Notes under the pieces: model-generated | Told to the model about the DNA's origin: nothing | The model's input: only the letters and a program-made list of their open reading frames with translations | The model's database searches: none | From: Elusimicrobiota bacterium | GTDB taxonomy: Bacteria; Elusimicrobiota; Elusimicrobia; UBA1565; JACRDR01 | Assembly: GCA_026388115.1 (NCBI GenBank) | Contig: JAPLKK010000033.1 | Span: 2,470-66,469 of the forward strand | DNA length: 64,000 nt | Reading direction: 5' to 3' | Translations under genes and position numbers: made by a program | In this document: positions 61,189 to 64,000 of the stretch, piece by piece | Numbering within the stretch: position 1 is the first letter of the stretch | Layout of the letters: each line of letters starts with the position of its first letter

Positions 61189-62698
61189 CCAGCGCGGCTA
61201 TCGCCGCGACCAACGCGAGCCAGCCGAACCAGTCGCCGGCGCGGGAATAGAGCGAGCGGCGAGGGAACGGATCGACGCTCGGGACCGAGCCGTAGAGCAC
61301 TCCCTCCCGCATCAAGTCCAGTCTCGCCGTGACGCGGCCCCAGGGATCGATGACCGCCGAGATGCCCGTGTTTCCCGCGCGGATCACATAGGCGCGGTTC
61401 TCGATCGCGCGGAAACGGTTGGCGTAGAAGTGCTGTAAGGGTCCCCAGGTGTCCTTGTACCACCCGTCGTTGGTGAGGTTCGCGAGCACGCGCGCGCCCG
61501 CCTGCACGTTCACGCGGCTCCAGCGAGGAAAGATCGCCTCATAGCACAGCGTGACGCCGACGGGGCCGATCGGGGTCTCCAGCGGAGGCTGCTTCAGCGC
61601 TCCAGGGGTGAGATCGCCCATCTGCCCCAGGATGCCGATCCAGCCCTCCAGGTATCGGCGGAAGGGGACATACTCGCCGAAGGGCACCAGCTCGCGCTTA
61701 TGATAGACGCCCGCGATGCGGCCCGACGCGTCGACCAGCACCGCCGAGTTGCGGTGAAAGCCATTCTGGTCGGTCAGCGCTCCGGCTAGCTGGGCCACGC
61801 CGCTGCGCGCGGCCCAAGACGAGACCCAGACCCGATTGTCCTCGAGCCAGCCGGGGACGGAAGTCTCCGGCCAGACGATCAGCGCGGGCTTGGCCTGGGC
61901 GGCTTGGGCAAGCAGGCGGTCGAAGCTCGAACGGATGCTCACGACCTCGCCCTCGTCCCACTTGCGATATTGGTCGACGTTCGGCTGGATGATCGCGACC
62001 AAGTACTCCCTCCCCCCTCGTGGGGGAGGGTTGGGGTGGGGGGTAGGCGCCGTTCGCAATGAGATCGTTCCGGCCAGCCACCAGGCGGCGATGAGGGCCA
62101 CCACGACCACAGCGTTCCTTAAAAGAACGACGCTTTCCCTCACCCCCGCCCTCTCCCCTTTGGGGGAGAGGGCGCAAGCCAAAACGCCGTTTGCGGCGAC
62201 GATGAGGAAGCCGAGGGCGTGGGGGCCGAACCAGGAGGCCGGCTGCAGCAGCGTCAAGAAGCGCCATTGAGTATAGCCGAGGAGGTCGCAGCCGACGCGC
62301 GGAGTCCAGCGGGCGAGCGCGAACTCCAGGGCGGCCCACAACGCCGCGCAAGCCCAAGGCCGCAGCGCCGCCGGAAGGCGGGCGAGCCGATAGACGCCGG
62401 CGGCGAACACCGCCCAAGCGGCCCCCTCGAAGGCCGCGAGCGCGGCCCAGGCCAGCAGGGACACCGGGACCGGCACGCCGGCGAAGCGGCAGGTGAGATA
62501 GATCCAGTGAAGCAACAGGGCGAAGAAGGCGGCGCCCGCGACCCAGCCGAGCGCGGCCGCGCGCCAAGCGCTCTTGGCCCCGCGCGCGGCGAGAAGCAGC
62601 GGGACCAAGCCGATCCACGCGAGCGGACAGAGGCTGGGCTTAGGGAAGCAGAGGGCGAGGAGGACTCCCGAGAGGACGGCGGCTAAGAGCCGTGGCAC
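61181..62698 (-). CDS. lnt: Apolipoprotein N-acyltransferase
   Basis: WPETS (Glu), YHKRELVPFGEYVP (Lys), CYEAIFP (Cys), TNDGWY, RAGNTGIS. Confidence 0.95.
   Translation of the reverse strand: MPRLLAAVLSGVLLALCFPKPSLCPLAWIGLVPLLLAARGAKSAWRAAALGWVAGAAFFALLLHWIYLTCRFAGVPVPVSLLAWAALAAFEGAAWAVFAAGVYRLARLPAALRPWACAALWAALEFALARWTPRVGCDLLGYTQWRFLTLLQPASWFGPHALGFLIVAANGVLACALSPKGERAGVRESVVLLRNAVVVVALIAAWWLAGTISLRTAPTPHPNPPPRGGREYLVAIIQPNVDQYRKWDEGEVVSIRSSFDRLLAQAAQAKPALIVWPETSVPGWLEDNRVWVSSWAARSGVAQLAGALTDQNGFHRNSAVLVDASGRIAGVYHKRELVPFGEYVPFRRYLEGWIGILGQMGDLTPGALKQPPLETPIGPVGVTLCYEAIFPRWSRVNVQAGARVLANLTNDGWYKDTWGPLQHFYANRFRAIENRAYVIRAGNTGISAVIDPWGRVTARLDLMREGVLYGSVPSVDPFPRRSLYSRAGDWFGWLALVAAIAALVI
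62008..62043 (+). repeat. Palindromic REP-like element inside lnt
   Basis: CCCTCCCCC-CTCGT-GGGGGAGGG-TTGGGGTGGGGGG; translated as PHPNPPPRGGRE. Confidence 0.88.
62137..62172 (-). repeat. Second palindromic REP-like element inside lnt
   Basis: CCCTCACCCCCG-CCCTCTCCCC-TTTG-GGGGAGAGGG; translated as LSPKGERAGVRE. Confidence 0.88.
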
Positions 62699-64000
62699 TT
62701 TTTGTACTTCTTGCCGCTGCCGCAGTAGCAGGGGTCGTTGCGGCCGATCTTCTCGATGCCGGCGGGCACGGCGGACTTGCGCAAGAGCGAGCCCGGCGCT
62801 TTCGCGGCCGGCCTCGGCGGCGCGCCGTTGCCGTCGCCTTTGGGCGCCGTCGTACCCTCGGGACCGCTCAAGGTCACGTGCGGCAGCGGCGGAGGCGGCG
62901 CCTTGGGCGCCTGGATCTTGAACAGGTACTCCACCGTCTGCTCGCTGATGCGCTCCAACATCCGGTTGTAGATCTCGTAGGACTCCTTCTGGTACTCGAT
63001 GAGCGGGTCTTTCTGCCCGTAGGCGCGCAGGCCGATGTATTTCTTGAGGTGGTCGAGGTCGTAGAGGTTGTTCTTCCAGGCCGTGTCGAGCATCTGGAGC
63101 AGCACCATGCGCTCCACGTCCTTGAAGTCGAAACCGGCGAACTCCTGGGTGCGCGAGGCGTAGCGCGCCTCGATCTTCTCCAGGAGCTCGTCCTTCAGCG
63201 TCTCCTGGTCGATCCTGTAGAGCTCATCTTGGGTGATGCCCCACTCGACGCCGAAGGTGCGCCCCAGCCACGCCCCCAGGCTCTCGACGTCCCAAGCCTC
63301 CGCGTGCTTGTTCTTGGGAGCCCAGACGTCGAGCTTATCCTCGAGCCCCTCGGCCATCATCTCGTGGATGATGGGCGTGACATCAGCGCCGTCGAGGATC
63401 TCGTTGCGGCGCCTGTAGACCCGCAACCGCTGCAGGTTCAAGACCTTGTCGTAGTCGAGGAGCTGCTTGCGGATGTCGAAGTTGTGCGTCTCGACGCGGC
63501 GCTGGGCGCCCGCGATCTGGCGGCTGACGAGGCCGGACTCGATGACCTCGCCCTCCTCCATGCCGAGCTTCTCCATGATGGCGGAGAGGCGGTCGGAGCC
63601 GAACAGGCGCATCAGCTCGTCGTCGAGCGCGAGGTAGAAGCGCGAGGAGCCGGGGTCGCCCTGGCGGCCGCAGCGGCCGCGCAGCTGGTTGTCGATGCGC
63701 CGCGCCTCGTGGCGCTCGGTGCCGAGGATGTGCAGGCCGCCCAAGGACACCACGAGCTTGGCGTCCTCCGCGTCAGCCGGGCTGCCGCCCAGGACGATGT
63801 CGGTGCCGCGGCCGGCCATGTTGGTCGCGATGGTCACCATGCCGGACCTGCCCGCCTGGGCGATGATCTGCGCTTCCTGCTCGTGGTACTTGGCGTTCAG
63901 GACCTGGTGGGGGATGCCTTTCTCGCGCAGGATGCCCGCGAGCTTCTCGGATTTCTCGATGGAGCGCGTGCCGACAAGCACCGGCTGGCGCTTCCTCCAT
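62683..64000 (-). CDS. secA: Preprotein translocase SecA, C-terminal part
   Basis: [55 protein letters not shown]. Confidence 0.98.
   Translation of the reverse strand, partial: WRKRQPVLVGTRSIEKSEKLAGILREKGIPHQVLNAKYHEQEAQIIAQAGRSGMVTIATNMAGRGTDIVLGGSPADAEDAKLVVSLGGLHILGTERHEARRIDNQLRGRCGRQGDPGSSRFYLALDDELMRLFGSDRLSAIMEKLGMEEGEVIESGLVSRQIAGAQRRVETHNFDIRKQLLDYDKVLNLQRLRVYRRRNEILDGADVTPIIHEMMAEGLEDKLDVWAPKNKHAEAWDVESLGAWLGRTFGVEWGITQDELYRIDQETLKDELLEKIEARYASRTQEFAGFDFKDVERMVLLQMLDTAWKNNLYDLDHLKKYIGLRAYGQKDPLIEYQKESYEIYNRMLERISEQTVEYLFKIQAPKAPPPPLPHVTLSGPEGTTAPKGDGNGAPPRPAAKAPGSLLRKSAVPAGIEKIGRNDPCYCGSGKKYKKCHGS

Overview
High-GC bacterial chromosomal segment. It is probably from Elusimicrobiota, inferred from the giant FN3/propeller surface protein with a PorV-like partner and from exported versions of normally cytoplasmic enzymes; this is not proven. 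Core genes: pyrE (3' end)-purM-lipoprotein-purN/purH fusion, then a ~5 kb accessory stretch, carA-carB, a TPP enzyme, a Zn/Mn uptake operon, tdk, tRNA-Ser(CGA), DUF47/PiT, tRNA-Gly(GCC), a LonC-like protease, a ~13.4 kb split S8-peptidase/propeller/FN3 gene with a T9SS-like C-terminal domain plus a PorV-like gene, prfB, an HDAC-TonB-ExbD-ExbB-HEAT operon, lnt and secA (3' part). Most notable: (1) a ~38-bp palindromic repeat in ~13 copies, 7 of them translated in-frame inside proteins, including twice in Lnt; (2) a T9SS-like cargo/PorV pair; (3) an HTH-LAGLIDADG protein lacking the catalytic motif; (4) a coupled His-rich/DUF6745-like gene pair; (5) a decayed duplicate of the carA promoter and 5' end bracketing an aspartyl-protease gene; (6) many apparently leaderless genes; (7) two probable non-canonical starts (CTG, ACG); (8) four deletion-type lesions that may be assembly artefacts. 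Family names come from motif recognition only; no searches were run.
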